The translations under genes and the position numbers were made by a program. DNA of 64,000 nucleotides from Eledone cirrhosa. Taxonomy: Eukaryota. Shown here piece by piece: positions 24,520 to 38,200 of this stretch; the first letter of the stretch is position 1, and every line of letters starts with the position of its first letter. Below the pieces are notes generated by a model that saw nothing but the letters and a program-made list of their open reading frames with translations, made no database searches and had not been told where the DNA came from. Location: contig OZ024757.1 of the NCBI GenBank assembly GCA_964016885.1, positions 5,208,001 to 5,272,000 on the forward strand, written 5' to 3'.

Positions 24520-27500
24520 CTATTCAGACCACAAACTAGTCATCTGCATAGTCAACCGTGATTGAATACATAGACAAGGACCCGGATACTGGAAGCTGAA
24601 CGTGTCGCTACCGACACATAAAGCCTACAGTGAACTGATAAGTAGATTAGTTAAGCAACAATTGACGGGAGCCATCGTCAACAATTGATGGTGGTACTCC
24701 CTCAAGAAAGGAATTAGAGTAGAGTCGATAGACTTTAGCAGAGAGTTAGCCTTAGAAATAAATAAAACAGAAACGGAACTAGTAGTCAAGGTAGAGGAAG
24801 CGCTTAGGAGTGGCAACGTAGTTAGAGTGCTAGCAACGAGAACGGCACTGGACCAGTTCTTCGACGCGAAACATGAAGGCTGAGTGGTCAGAAGTAAATC
24901 ACGTGCTCTAGAAAACGAGGGAGCAAAAGCTGTTAGCTGGGCCCGAGTGACAGAGGCGAAAAGTGGCACCAAGTCCACGATTCTGTCTTTGAAAGACCAA
25001 AACGGACGCGTGCTACTTGACCCCAAGCGGATGTGTGCGGCTTTTCAGTGGCACTTTGCGCAACTGTTCGAGCAGAGTGGTGGTGCATCGAACGGGGCAA
25101 TAGACTTCGGTTCATACCTCGACGGCCTGCCGCGTCTCTCGAGCATGGACGCCGAGTTCTGCGAAAGACCGATCACAGCCACTGAGATACGGGCCGCTCT
25201 GGGTCGCTGTGGGAAACGCAAATCACCCGGTCTAGATGGTATACCCTATGAGTTTTATATAGGCATACGGGTCTTGTTCTCTGGCTTCCTTGAGGCCGTC
25301 TACTGCAACTGGCAGCAGAACGGGAGAATACCAATTCTGCAGGCAGGGGCGTAGTAACGCTGATCAGGAAAGACGAGAACAAGGGGGACGAACTAAGCAA
25401 CTTTAGGCCCATAACTCTGCTCAACACAGAGTTAAAGATTTTGACCAAGGTGTTGGCAACGAGGCTGACGCTTGTCGTTGAGAACCTGGTAGGGGAAGCG
25501 CAAACGTGTGCAATCCCGACCAGGTCCATACACGACAACCTCCACCTCATGCGATACATCATAGAGAGGGTGGGGTCTAAACTCGGATTCGATGGGGCTC
25601 TGATCTATTTAGATCAGTCTAAGGCGTTCGATAGAGACGACCATCGATAGTTGGAAGCGGTTCTCAAGGTGGTCGGTTTCACCTGTCTTCAGAGGCTGGA
25701 TCGCCGCAATGCACACCAACATCTTCTCGATGGTCAAGGTGAACGGCTACCTATCGGAGCCGTTCGCAATCACGCGTTCCATCCAACAGGGATGCCCTCT
25801 CTCCTCCATTCTGTACGTACAGACTCTAGAGCCACTACTGCGGAAGTTGGAGCTGCTGTAGGGCATCCCGTTGGAACTAGGACTGCGGTAAGCAACGTCG
25901 GCTTATGCCGACGACGTGAAAGTAATGGTGTCGGAAACCTCGCAAATCGGGGTGATCGGTAACTTACTGCAGGAATACGAAAGGCTCAGAGGAGCAAAAT
26001 TGAACCCGAAAAAGTCTGTCTGTTTGCAACTCGGAACGTGGAGAGGCAAACATATGACGTCCGATAGCGTCGTCGGACGCTGGACGCACGGACCGGTGAA
26101 ATTGCTCGGGGTATAGTTCGGTCCGGACCTCCAGGGGAAGAAAAACTGGAACGGGGTCACGGCCAAGGTATTTGCGCTCACCCAGAAGTGGGAAGAGTGC
26201 AAACTATCCTTGAAAGGTCGAGCGGAGGTGGCGAACACTTTCATAGCTTCCGTCATCTACTACCGCTTGATCGTAGTGCCTTGTCCCCGTGAAGACCTCA
26301 CCAAGATAGAACGCATGCTCTTCTAGTTTCTTTGGAAGAAGCAGACTCCACTGGTGAGGAGATCCGTCTACTGTCAGCACCCTTCAAACGGAGGGCTGGG
26401 ATGGCCGTGGCTGATGATGCACAAGCATGCGCTGAGGCTACGACATCTATAGGTATTCCTCACCGACCCCCAACCAGTGTAGGCACCGTTTGTGAGACAG
26501 ACCTTCCCGCAACTTGTCTCGCTGACGGAGCTGCAGTCCTGGGTCAAACGGAGACGGAAGAAGATGGGCGCCTGGCACATTGAATGCGCTCAGGTGCTTA
26601 CAGTCCTCTTTCAAGCGGGCACGGCAACCAGTGGAGACTCCACTTCGACATTCTATATAGGGTTAGTACGTCACAAGGGCGACGACGTGCTCGGAGAGAC
26701 TCTGGGCGTCGAAGACGACGAACTCACCAGTCTGTTTCGTAGGACTTTCCGCTCGGGACCTATAGACAACTTCCAGATGTCCCTGGCCTGGCAGTGCTAC
26801 CGAGGAGCTCTACTAGTTCGTGACAAGATCTACAGGCACGGACGCCCAGGCAGGGATCCTTCAAAGAGGACGTGTCCAAGATGCGGGCAGGACATTGAAA
26901 CTGTCTTGCACGCAATTGTACACTGCCCGGGCGTAACCGACCTGTGGAACTACGCAGAACAACTGCAGTCGCGTATGGGACAAATCCAGTTGACTGCCGA
27001 GTCCATAGTAAGGATCAAACCCCCAATTTCTTTCAAAAACGAAAGAGAGAAGGTTTTCCTCTGTATAGTGGCTATGGTGAAAGAGGTTATATGGTGGACG
27101 AGATTTAGAGGACTGAGGACAGATGCCTTTCTCTCCGGAAAACAACTCATTCCCTTCTTTAGGTACCACTTTAGAAGGAGAATCAGAGTGGAGAGAGAAG
27201 CACTGCACCCCAGTAACTTTACTGAAAGGTAGGTGAATATGGCAAAACTGGCCCGAGTGATTGGGCCTTCTCTGCATATAAACCTGTAGGTTGAAGAAGA
27301 GAGCAAAAGGAAGAAAGGACCACTTTCACAACACGCTCCTGAAGTTGAGGGTTTTTCAATCTACGGGGTATTAAACAACCCATTTGTGGCGCCTCCCCCT
27401 TATTAGGGATTTCGATTGTTATATTTGTTTGTTTTATATTTTTAGACGATTGTATGTAAAATCCCCGACATGTCTTAGTTTTGTCTCCTTTCCTTGTGCG

Positions 27501-27522
27501 CCCTTGTGGCTAATAAAGAAAT
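24520..27522 (+). mobile_element. 5'-truncated Tx1/L1-clade LINE (end of APE domain, RT, C-terminal Cys motif), with many stops
   Basis: SDHKLV…GYWKLN, KSPGLDG, NFRPITLLN, DQSKAFDR, QGCPLS, YADD, GGLG and CPRC…ETVLH…C motifs. The 3' end cccttgtggctaataaagaaat runs into (TA)n. Confidence 0.9.
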
Positions 27523-27534
27523 ATATCTATCTAT

Positions 27535-27590
<56 letters not shown>

Positions 27591-27599
27591 TTATATATT

Positions 27600-30243
27600 C
27601 ATATATGGGTTGGTGCGGACGGATAAGCCCTGGTGGTGTTTCTACCAAGGTTATTGGGCTGCTGCCTATTGTGTGCTCTGCGCATCTTAGCTCCATGTGC
27701 TAACCTAGCCCCTGCTGGACCGCACTGGGTTACCCTATGCTTGCCGGTAGGTGTTGGTGAGATACCGTCACCATTATTAAGCCTGTATGCGGGGAATGTT
27801 TCTAGTAGGTTGCTGTTAATTCTATTGACCGAACGAAATTGGTACGGGTGTGGGGGTCTCCCTGGCCTACCGCCCTTGTTGTTATGATGCTGGCCAAAGC
27901 TAGCCGCATTACTAGTTCGACCTGTATGTTTCCCTTTAACAATCCCACTGCCACGGTGGTTATTGGTGCGGCACGCTATTACACTGGTCCTATGGGAAGG
28001 GGGCCTAGTAGAGCCTGCGTCATAGATATACGAAATCCTGTTGCTATAACCTCATTCAGCCAGCGCTTTGTTGTAGTAGTCGGCAGTTTGGTCAAAGTGG
28101 TCCTTGTTGGCCGACAGCCTCGAGATTCTATGTGAGATGCTACTCACTATAGAGTTAAGTGTAGATTTGGGGTGATTAGATGCTTTGTTGATGTAAGACA
28201 GGACCTCATCTGGCTTGTGGTATGGTCTGTATGAGCCAGTATCTTATTCTAACGTTACATCCAGGAAGTTAACTATTTTATGGTTGTGGTAAATTGTAAC
28301 TGAGAGGCCGTACGTTTTAAAGAACTTATGTATATGCTTATTGAGGTTTTCTATCCTACGGGGTCTGTGATTCCTTACAGTAAATAAGGCGTCGTCCCTA
28401 TATATACCTCTTTGTAGTACAGGGGTCTCGTCTCTGAGCTTGTGTAGGGGATATATTCCAGCCAGGTCGGTTACCTGCGCCGAGTCGCTCGACCCCCATC
28501 GTGATATCAAAATTTTCAGGACGGTTGGCTCGGGTCCAGTAAGAGCCTTCGAAGTGAATGATAGTTCGTCTCGCTGCAAGCATTATGTCTATTTCTTTTT
28601 TTAGTTAAACTAGTGTTAGATCTAGCTAAGATGATGGCCTTATTTAGGAGTATAGGGGAGATAGAGGCGTAGTAATTATCTATGTCGAACTGAATACATT
28701 TTAAAGAGACCTTATCAGGTATATCTGTGAACCATTTGATGACCTGGTCAGTATTGTTCCAAAGACGGACCTTGGCCTTACTATTTAGTACGAGTATTAT
28801 CCTATCAATGATCACTTTGCTAATTCTACCTATATCCGAAGTGGAGGGGCATATTAATCTAACTGAAGGTCTTTTAAAATTACATTTATGATCCTTAAGA
28901 GTCTGTGTATTTATCTATATCTAAGCCAGTTACAATATTCTTACCTAATCTATTTATGTCGTTTAATGTGCTTCTTGGTGATTTTTTGTAATTTTTGCTG
29001 AGCTTATTTGAGATGAATTGTCTATATCTACTTACATCCAACTTATACAGGTTCTTGGTTTTATCAGAGGCTACAAAAAGGTGCTTATTGTTCTTGATTT
29101 TAGTGATTAGGGGGTCCAGAGAAGTCAGGAAAGCATTAGTATACTTGCGTCTATTCTTAAACTTGACATTCTTGATCATGTTGAGCAGGTCTTCGGCAAA
29201 GGCGTCCAACAGTGTGTTGTGCGGTGGGTTCCTGTAGGCCTTAAATCCATACCTTTCTTTAAGTGCCGGTTGTTTATCTGTATCCTTGTCCATATGGTAG
29301 GCCTTCCATCTGACTCTGCGTATAAACGAATTAGTCGCGGCGATGCGTTGTTTGAGATAAGTGTTTTCTGCTTGGTAACGCTATTGACTTGAGAGACATC
29401 GGTAACGGTTGTTTCTCCTACATAATGGCAAGTAGCGTGTTGAGATCTACTGATTGGAGAACGATAATAATAAGGTTAAAGTATCGTAGGAGAGGATGAA
29501 GCAGAGAGATACAAAGAGGTACGATACAGAATACTAAATGCCAATAGCCGAAGCGTAGCGTGCTCGATACTTGGGTTAGCAGGGTTAAATATTAGAGGAG
29601 GTTAATATTTAGCGTATGGTTTAAGCAGAGCGGGAATAAGCAAATGAATGAGTCAGTGAAAGTGTTACAAGCCGTTAAAACATTTCTTTATATAGCTCTT
29701 ACACGTGTTTCGCACAGAGGGGCTCATCGGAATCAGATATTCCAATAGTTAGGTCTGTAAGTATAATTACCGTTGAGAAATTATCACAACTTCACATATT
29801 CCTGCATTCTGTTCGAAAATAGTAAACACAATGGCGTCGGTAAAAGGGACATAACTCGCTAAGGGAGGTAATTACCCGGTGCCTGGCTGGATGTCACTCA
29901 GTTAGTTCTGGCCAACCCCAGCTATGGGAAATTTTTAACATTTTTTTTAACGTTAGCAGGGTGGGTCTGACCTAGTAGATATCATGCAGTGTTTTGGTGG
30001 GAAACGAACAGACGGTTGATAGTGACATCATACCTTGCACACTGGTATACCTAATGCAGGGGAGCTGTAGTAGGGTGTGATGTAGAAGGCTGTGGAGGTA
30101 TGATGCTATTCAGGTTCAAGTTGTATGTTCATAAGTTTAATTAATCAATTATGTTATTCGGGTTCAGGCAGTAGGTTAATTGTATCTCTCTGCTTTCATT
30201 CTTTGTATCTCTCCGCTTCATCCTCTTCTACGATACTTTAACC

Positions 30244-30250
<7 letters not shown>
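27600..30250 (-). mobile_element. Penelope-like retroelement (RT and thumb, decayed) with an inverted pseudo-LTR at its 5' side
   Basis: RWKAY, YGFK, ASDKT, RLICP, FDIDNYY, FDITMG, GIYRDD, VNFLDVT, YRPYHKP and SNHP motifs. 29466-29530 is an inverted repeat of 30180-30250. A degenerate hammerhead lies at 29695-29736. Confidence 0.88.
29695..29736 (-). ncRNA. Degenerate minimal hammerhead ribozyme in the PLE pseudo-LTR
   Basis: Minus strand: cCGATGA-GC-ccctctgt-GC-GAAAC-acgt-GTA-agagc, with palindromic stem III ACACGTGT. The core has U4>C and stem I is damaged. Confidence 0.55.
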
Positions 30251-30330
<80 letters not shown>

Positions 30331-31205
30331 AGATCCGAAGGCATGGTATAAATTTCCAATCATTCTAATCACGACACATGTTTCAGTAAGGGATAGATCG
30401 ATCGTGTGATCATGATCGATTATCACTCACTAGAGTTTTCCTCCCCATATGAAGATTCAGCAGCCAAAACACGCCAGCTGCTATCGTCTTCAGTCAGGGT
30501 CACAAATCTCTCAAGTCTCTATCTCTCAATAGCTGTAAAAGACGCTGGACAGGTTTAATCTCAGCATCAGATCTGTAGAATTTTGGTCGGTCACAATTAG
30601 TGTTAGTGAGTACGCACACACTTACACACACCGACGCGAGGTCAGGGAGAAAATATATATACACACCAACACAGTATGCAGCGAAAGTTAGCTTACAAAA
30701 CAACAAACGTTATATTGGTCAAATCTAAATTTTCACGATGTAAATTAGAAAAACATTGAGTCAACCACAGCCCTATACACACGCAAGTAAATTCCGTTCA
30801 ACGTTCTGCTATACGTGTATATATTGAATTGTAACATCCGTATCGTCTAAATAGTGTATGTTTTGGTATATACACATCCATGTGAAGAGCAAGTAGTCAG
30901 CTCGTATCGAACTCTATATGTGCCGGTGTCCCGTTGAGAGTCTGAGTCCCCGAGTCTGTGCGTGCAAGCACCCGCCATGTAGGCCAACAAGGGGCTCCAT
31001 GTAGGGTTGGGTATTTGAGTTAGGGTGTCAGTGTGTGCGTTTACCCGTCAAATGGGCCCTCGGGCCCTTAAGATAAGCGTTTGAGACTTAAGATAAGTGT
31101 TATTAAATGAAATTGGAGATATACAAAAGCGTGGAGAACTTAATATTGCTAACAAAAGTTTATTGGACTGTATGAAACAACCAATAATACACCTTACTAC
31201 ATAAC

Positions 31206-31289
<84 letters not shown>

Positions 31290-31291
<2 letters not shown>

Positions 31292-33400
31292 TGATTACTT
31301 CAACTTTGCAGATGATTGCCGTCTCCCGATGCACCCCCATCAACCATCACCAACTCCAAACGTCCATCCATGGCCTCTTAGGTGGCTTTTAAGTTCAGTA
31401 TTAGATTTGCACGGTCTGCAGTAAATGTGACAGACAAAAGGTGTGCCCTCTATTGGATTTATTGGATCAGTTTGTGGGATATCATCCCTATGTGCCCTCA
31501 TATGCCTATTAAGACCAGAGATTGATTTGCAGGTCTTTTTGCACACCACACATGTCTCACCTAGCATTGGGGGGATAGAGCTGCATACTGTTGGCTTTTT
31601 ATGAGATTTTAAATGAGTGATGGCCCCAGATTTAGTGAGCTGTAAACGACCACACACCTTACATATCCAGCACCCTATGTTCATACTGTGGCTCCTCCGA
31701 AGCTGACGTTTAAGTCTTCATGATCAAGACGTCTCTCTTCAAACATTCTGAAGCCTTCCATCACATGTCCTCTCCATTTACCCCTCTTTCAAGCAAGCAC
31801 TTCCCAGTTCTGAACTTCAAACCGTTGATCTTTAAGGTTGTTTTTTTAGGCAATCCTTATATCTTTTTCTTGGTTTGTGTTGAGGGCGCTTCCCAGTGTG
31901 CAATTGACTGTAAAATAGTTGTTTTGGGAGTATTTCCTCATTCATGCGCACAGCATGGCCTACCCAACGCATTTGAGAGGATATGATGGTAGATTCAATG
32001 CTCGTGCAAACAGCATCTATACGGATTTGTGTGCCAGGTATTTTTGTTGCCATTTGATGTTTAGGATTCGTCTTAAACACTTTTGATTAAAGTGTTCAAG
32101 CAAATTAAGGTGTCTACGATGTACTGTCCACGTTTCTGAAGAGTACATCAGAGCACTCAGAATGTAGACTTTGTACACACTAATCTTGGTCTTGATATTG
32201 ATTCCATGATCCGCCCACACTCTCTTTTCAAGTTTTCTGAAGGCTACAGAGGCCTTTTGAATGCGCAGGTGTATTTCTGCATCCAGTGAACCATCCCTTG
32301 ATAATGCACTACCCAAATAAACAAAAGCGTCAACTACACCCAACCTAGTTTCATGCACCATTATATTTGGTTCAATATATGCTGATGGTGTGAACATTAC
32401 CTTGGTACTTTTTAGATTAATTTTCATGCCCAGGGCATTCCAGGTCGCTGCAAAACAATTGCATGTCATCTTGAGAGTGAGCCAGAAAGTCAGCATCGTC
32501 TGAATGCAGGAGTTCACTAATTAATATTTGGAACACCTTGAATTTAAATTGAACCTTCTTTGGTCAAAGATTCTTTCTGTAGTTCTAACTTGCAATAGAA
32601 CACCCTTTGCACAGTCCTGGAATGCATGAGTCAGCATCACAGCAAAAAATATTGCAAACCGTGTGGGAGCCGGGATATCTCCCTCCTTCACGCCATTATC
32701 AATTAGGATTTCATTTGACAATTCTCCATTCAAGACAACCCGAACTTTCATATTTCTGTGCAGACGGACGAACATATCAATAAACTTTGGTGGGCACTCT
32801 ATACATACAATTGATCCCTGAAGTTTATCCACGTTCCATCGAAGTCAAGATTATTCAAAAGTTTTTTCAAAGCCTCATGTACCTCTAGCTGTTTTAACTT
32901 TCCAACATCAATACGCTTCAGTGTTTTGATCTCACATATGCGAGATTTTTTCCGAATATGTAACTTAAACTTCCCCCGAACCATCTTAGGGTATGTGTAG
33001 CATTCTGCACTACACACGGCGAACACATTACAGACATCATTCAGGTCGCATTTCCGGGTTACTATTGTATCTATCATGTGGCCATCTTTTGATCTTGGGT
33101 GTATCCAGGTAACTTTATGCTTCTTCTTTTGGCAGAAGAATGCAAATTGCTAGGTTTAGTTCCCAACAGAGCTCAAGCAGCTTCAAACCATTGGCATTCA
33201 TCTTACCGATGCCGCAATGGCCTAGTGCATACCATTTCTCATGGTCTCTGCCAACTTGGGATTTGAAATCACCAAGAATGATCACATTTTTTTCGACTGG
33301 AGTAGATGTAATTGTAACACGGAGGGATTCATAGAATGTCATAATACTTTCTTTACTGGCCAGGAGAGTTGATTCTAAAGGGGCACTCTAAATGTTGTGC
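31290..33400 (-). mobile_element. RTE-clade LINE, decayed and internally deleted; APE, RT and three C-terminal C2H2 fingers
   Basis: ILGDF..VG (APE); GVKEGD.PAP..F and FVYLGS (RT); RWVGHAVRM…PKQLFY…KRYKD (RTE C-terminus); three CxxC-x12-HxxxH-like fingers in ORF 31340-31684. The 3' end abuts (TA)n. Confidence 0.88.
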
Positions 33401-33499
33401 TAGAGTTTCTCGATCATTGTCTGGTGACAAGCCTAAGCCAGATGACAAGTAATCACACACACACATATATAATAATAATAATAATGATAATAATAATAA

Positions 33500-34197
33500 G
33501 GGAAGAAGACGCACATGGTGGAAAGAAGGTCATGAAATCGCTCCCGTAAGTTTTTGATTTTTAATATATTTAAATCAATTGTGAAATAACAATTCTTAGT
33601 ACGAATGATGCATAAAGCATCCGACTCAAGCCTCAGGAAGATTCGGATCCATAATATATTGTTATATCGCTCAAATATTCAATTTTGTAATATACATTTT
33701 ACATTCAAAAAAGAAAATGGTTATAAATGGAAGAAAACCACCCCCTCTGTCTACACTATATAGAACAGCCAAATAACAGCAATTTCACCAACACCACAAA
33801 CTAGATACACCACCTACCCCATCACTCCTCTGTGTACACTAAATACAACAGCCAGATAGCGGCAATTTCACCACCACCAATCCCAGCATAATAATTATAA
33901 TTACTATTATTATTGTCTCAAGTCTTCACAAAATGTTTAATTCCAATATTAAGAAAAATATGTCAACACATATATTAAACAACGCCATCACTAGTCACCG
34001 CCGCCACCACACATCCATCATTACTACCACTATCCCATCACCGCCGCGACCACCCATCCATCATTACTACCACTATCCCATCACCGCCGCCACCACCCAT
34101 CCATCATTACTACCACTATCCCATCACCGCCGCCACCACTCCTTCATTGCTACCACCGCTATTCCCCCATTACCTTCTGTTAACTTACGAAAGGGGA
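33500..34197 (+). repeat. Companion module copy 1 (non-coding repeat following a (TAA)n tract)
   Basis: aaatcgctcccgtaagtttt…ttcggatcca…gttatatcgctcaaatattcaattttgta…ccctctgtctacactatatagaacagccaaat… recurs at ~38860 and ~43700. Confidence 0.9.
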
Positions 34198-35240
34198 AGG
34201 AGTCATGTCGATAGACTCTACTTAAGGAGATCTGAAGGTGGAAGAGGTCTTATCAGCATAGAGGACTGTGTTCAGATGGAGAAAAACAACCTACACAAAT
34301 ACGTGACTGATAGTAAGGAGCCAATGCTCAGAACTGTACTGAAGGAGGGGACAATAGGCCAGCGGATGTCCAAGGAGGAAATAACATCAAGGAGAAAGAG
34401 CAGCCTTCAGGAAAAATCCCTTCATAGTACCTTCTTTGAGAAAACTGAATTTAGAGATCCACAGATGTGGAACTGGTTGAAAAGAGGAGACCTTAAAAAG
34501 GCTACAGAAGGAATGTTAATGGCTGCGCAGGAGCAGGCCCTAAAAACGAAGTGGTTGAAACACCATATTTACAAGGGGAAAGCTAGCCCACTGTGCAGGA
34601 TCTGTGGAGAGAGAGAGGAGAATGTGGCTCACATTGTATCCGAGTGTAAACACCTAGCCCAGACTCACTATAAGGGCTGGAGACATGATGTGATGGGCAG
34701 GGTGATCTACTGGCACCTATGCAAAGTAAACAATTTACCACATTCTGGGAAGTGGTATGAGCATAAGCCAGAGTCGGTGATAGAAAACGATCAGGTGAAG
34801 GTGCTGTGGGACTTTAGGATACAGACGGACAAGAAACTGGAACAAAATAGACCTGACCTGGTGGTTGTGGACAAAGAAAAAAGATCGTGACTGATTGTGG
34901 ATGTGGCCTGCCCATTCGACACGAGAGTGCAAGAGAAGGAGAGGGAGAAAATTAACCGATACCAGAACTTAAAGTGGGTAAAAAGGATTTGGAACTGCCA
35001 TGAAGTCAAAGTGATCCCGATTGTCATAGGTGCACAAGGGGCTATCTCAAAAGGTGTCCAGAGATGGTTAAAGAAAATTGGCCCCTACACGATTTTTGGA
35101 ACACTTCAAAAGGCATGCTTGCTGGGAACAGCAACAACCGTGCGATACGTCCTGAATATCTGAGGCTGCAGGTAGTGGCTTGATATTCATTTCAACAAAC
35201 TTTCCAGTTAACTAACATCAATGACTGAGACTCAAAGAGT
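34198..35240 (+). mobile_element. R4/Dong-clade element, family A, 5'-truncated copy
   Basis: Closely matches 37775-38820. Contains CCHC knuckle and RPD RLE motifs, an in-frame TGA at 34888-34890, and a 3' UTR followed by (TAA)n. Confidence 0.93.
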
Positions 35241-35271
35241 AATAGTAATAGTAATAATAATAATAATAATA

Positions 35272-38200
35272 GGCTATGTAACCATACATTCGCCAATCCT
35301 CGATAAGAGTGTTTAAATATCGAACATAAACAGTTCGAATAACGGTGAAATGGAGACTAGAACGTCATGTGACAGACTCTCACCCAACAGGTGCCCCCTG
35401 GCTCAGCAGCAGGAATCTGACTGTCAACCAAATACTGCTGATGTTGGAGGAAGGAGAAGAAGGAAAGGGGCCAGAACCAACTGGACGAAAGAATTGAATA
35501 GAACTGTTATGCAATGTTACCTGAAAAGTAACCCCAAGGAGAGGGGCTACAGGAGACGGATGCATAACATCTGGAACGAGATTGGTCCATTTAAATTAGA
35601 TGAACAAAAATTGGCCGGGCAGACTCGGGTCATAAGAACTAATGGGTGGATAAGCGAGCTGGAACTGGAGGAACTGAGCAGAGAGAATGGCTTGGAGATG
35701 GCGGGTGTAGTATGCCAGACAAGCGAGCCAGTGGGAAATGAAGGTGAAGAGGTCCTGAGAACGGAGGAACCACCCGAAGCATACAATGATCTGAATACTG
35801 AGATAAATAATACCTGGAACAGAGATACGGCCACTGAGGAGATGAATGCTGACGGGCTAGGACAAGACTCGGTTGACATCCTAAATTTAGTGGTAGATGA
35901 ATTGAACAATGATAGTGGGAGACCTATGAACCTAAGATTTGTAGACAGGAAAAAGTTAAAAGAAACAACAGCTAAGGTAAACAAAGTCATCCCATACCTT
36001 GAGGCGAGGAGCCTTCACCAGTGCAACAATATCCTCAAAGCAACAGCAAATACGGTGAGGAAACTACTTGGTATAAAAGCGAGAGGAAACAACAGACAAG
36101 AAAGAGCAGAGCCATGGTGGAAGAAGCGACTGAGTGGGCAAATCGGGGAAATGAGAAATGACATAGGAAAGCTTGAGTCACTACTGAATGGGACACTAAA
36201 AAACATAGGCACTAAAAATAGACTGGAAATAAAATACAAAACTAGGAGGAAAAAGCTAAATATTATCATAGAGGAACTGAAGCAACGCATTGTAGCAAAG
36301 AGTGCAAAAATCAGGCGATACGAGAACAGAGTCAGTCAGTATAAACAGAACCGCATGTTCGACAACAACCAGAAGATGCTGTTTGGACAGCTTGAGGGGA
36401 AAGAAAGAGGCAACGACTTGATCCCTGGGGCGGAGCAAACTAAAACATTCTGGAGAGGAATATGGGAGCAGGATGTTAGACACAATGCCCAGGCAGGGTG
36501 GATTGTGACAGTACAGAGGGAGATCGGTGAGCAGGCACAAAAACAAACTGATTTGAGTATCACAGTTGAAACTCTTAAGGGACAAGCCAAAAAACTAACC
36601 AACTGGAAATCGCCAGGCCCAGATGGTGTGCAGGGGTATTGGATTAAACATCTAACATCCCTCCACCCGAAGCTGACGGCCATGTTCAATGACTGCTTGG
36701 TGTCGGGTGAGGTGCCAGAGTGGTTGACAAAAGGTACCACAGTTCTGATAATGAAAGACCGAATCAAGGGTAATGATGCTACCAACTATAGACCTATCAC
36801 ATGTCTGTCCGTAATGTGGAAACTGTTGACGAGCATTGTGTCTGAGGAAATCTACCATCACCTCCACACAAACAACTTGTTACCGGACGAACAGAAAGGA
36901 TGCCGAAAGAAGTCACGTGGTACAAAGGACCAGTTGCTTATTGATAAGATGGTAATGGGGAATTGCAGGAGGAGACACACTGATCTTGCCATGGGATGGA
37001 TAGACTACAGAAAGGCATTTGACATGGTGCCTCATTCCTGGATCACCAAAAGCCTGGAGATCTTCAGGGTGGCGGATAACATCAGACAGTTGCTAGGCAG
37101 GAGTATGGGGTCCTGGGAGACAGAGTTGACATCAACTGGAGTATCCTTGGGAAGCGTGAAGATCAAGAGAGGTATCTTCCAGGGAGATAGCCTGTCCCCT
37201 CTGTTGTTTGTCCTTGCCCTGATGCCCTTGACCATTATGCTGCGAAAAGTGAGAGCAGGATACAAGTTGGGAAGGGGAGAGCTTACCATCAATCACCTCC
37301 TCTTCATGGACGATCTTAAGCTCTTCGGGAAAAGTGAGAAGGAGTTGGATGTGCTTGTTGACACTGTCCGTATTTTCAGCAGTGATATATGTATGCAGTT
37401 TGGTATTTGTAAATGTGGAGTCATTGTGATGAAGAGGGGTAGGTTGAGCAGAAGTAACGGGATCCAGATACCAACAGGTGAGATGATAAAGGAAATTGAC
37501 TCTGAGGAAGGATACAAGTATTTGGGCGTTCTGGAGGCTGATGGCATAAAGAACAAAAAAATGAAGGAATTGTTAAGAACTGAATACATTCGGAGAGTAA
37601 GGAGCGTATTGAAGTCACATCTGAACAGCAGAAATGCCATAAGCGCAGTAAATTCCCGAGCTGTGTCTATTATTAGGTACAGTGCGGCAATTCTGAGATG
37701 GAATGTTGCTGAACAGAAAGAAATGGATAGGAAGACTAGGAAGCTATTGACTATCTACAACATGTTCCACAAGAGGAGTGATGTCGATAGACTCTACCTA
37801 AGGAGATCTGAGGGTGGAAGAGGTCTTATCAGCATAGAGGACTGTGTTCAGATGGAGAAAAACAACCTATACAAATACGTGACCTATAGTAAGGAGCCAA
37901 TGCTCAGAGCTGTACTGAAGGAGGGGACAGTAGGCCAGGGGATGTCCAGGGAGGAAATAACATCAAGGAGGAAGAGCAGCCTTAAGGGAAAACCCCTTCA
38001 TAGTACCTTCTTTGAGAAAACTGAATTTAGAGATCCACAGACATGGAACTGGTTGAGAAGAGGAGACCTCAAAAAGGCTACAGAAGGAATGCTAATGGCT
38101 GCGCAGGAGCAGGCCCTCAAAACGAAGTGGTTGAAGCACCATATCTACAAGGAGGAGGCCAGCCCACTGTGCAGGATCTGTGGAGAGAGAGAGGAGACTG

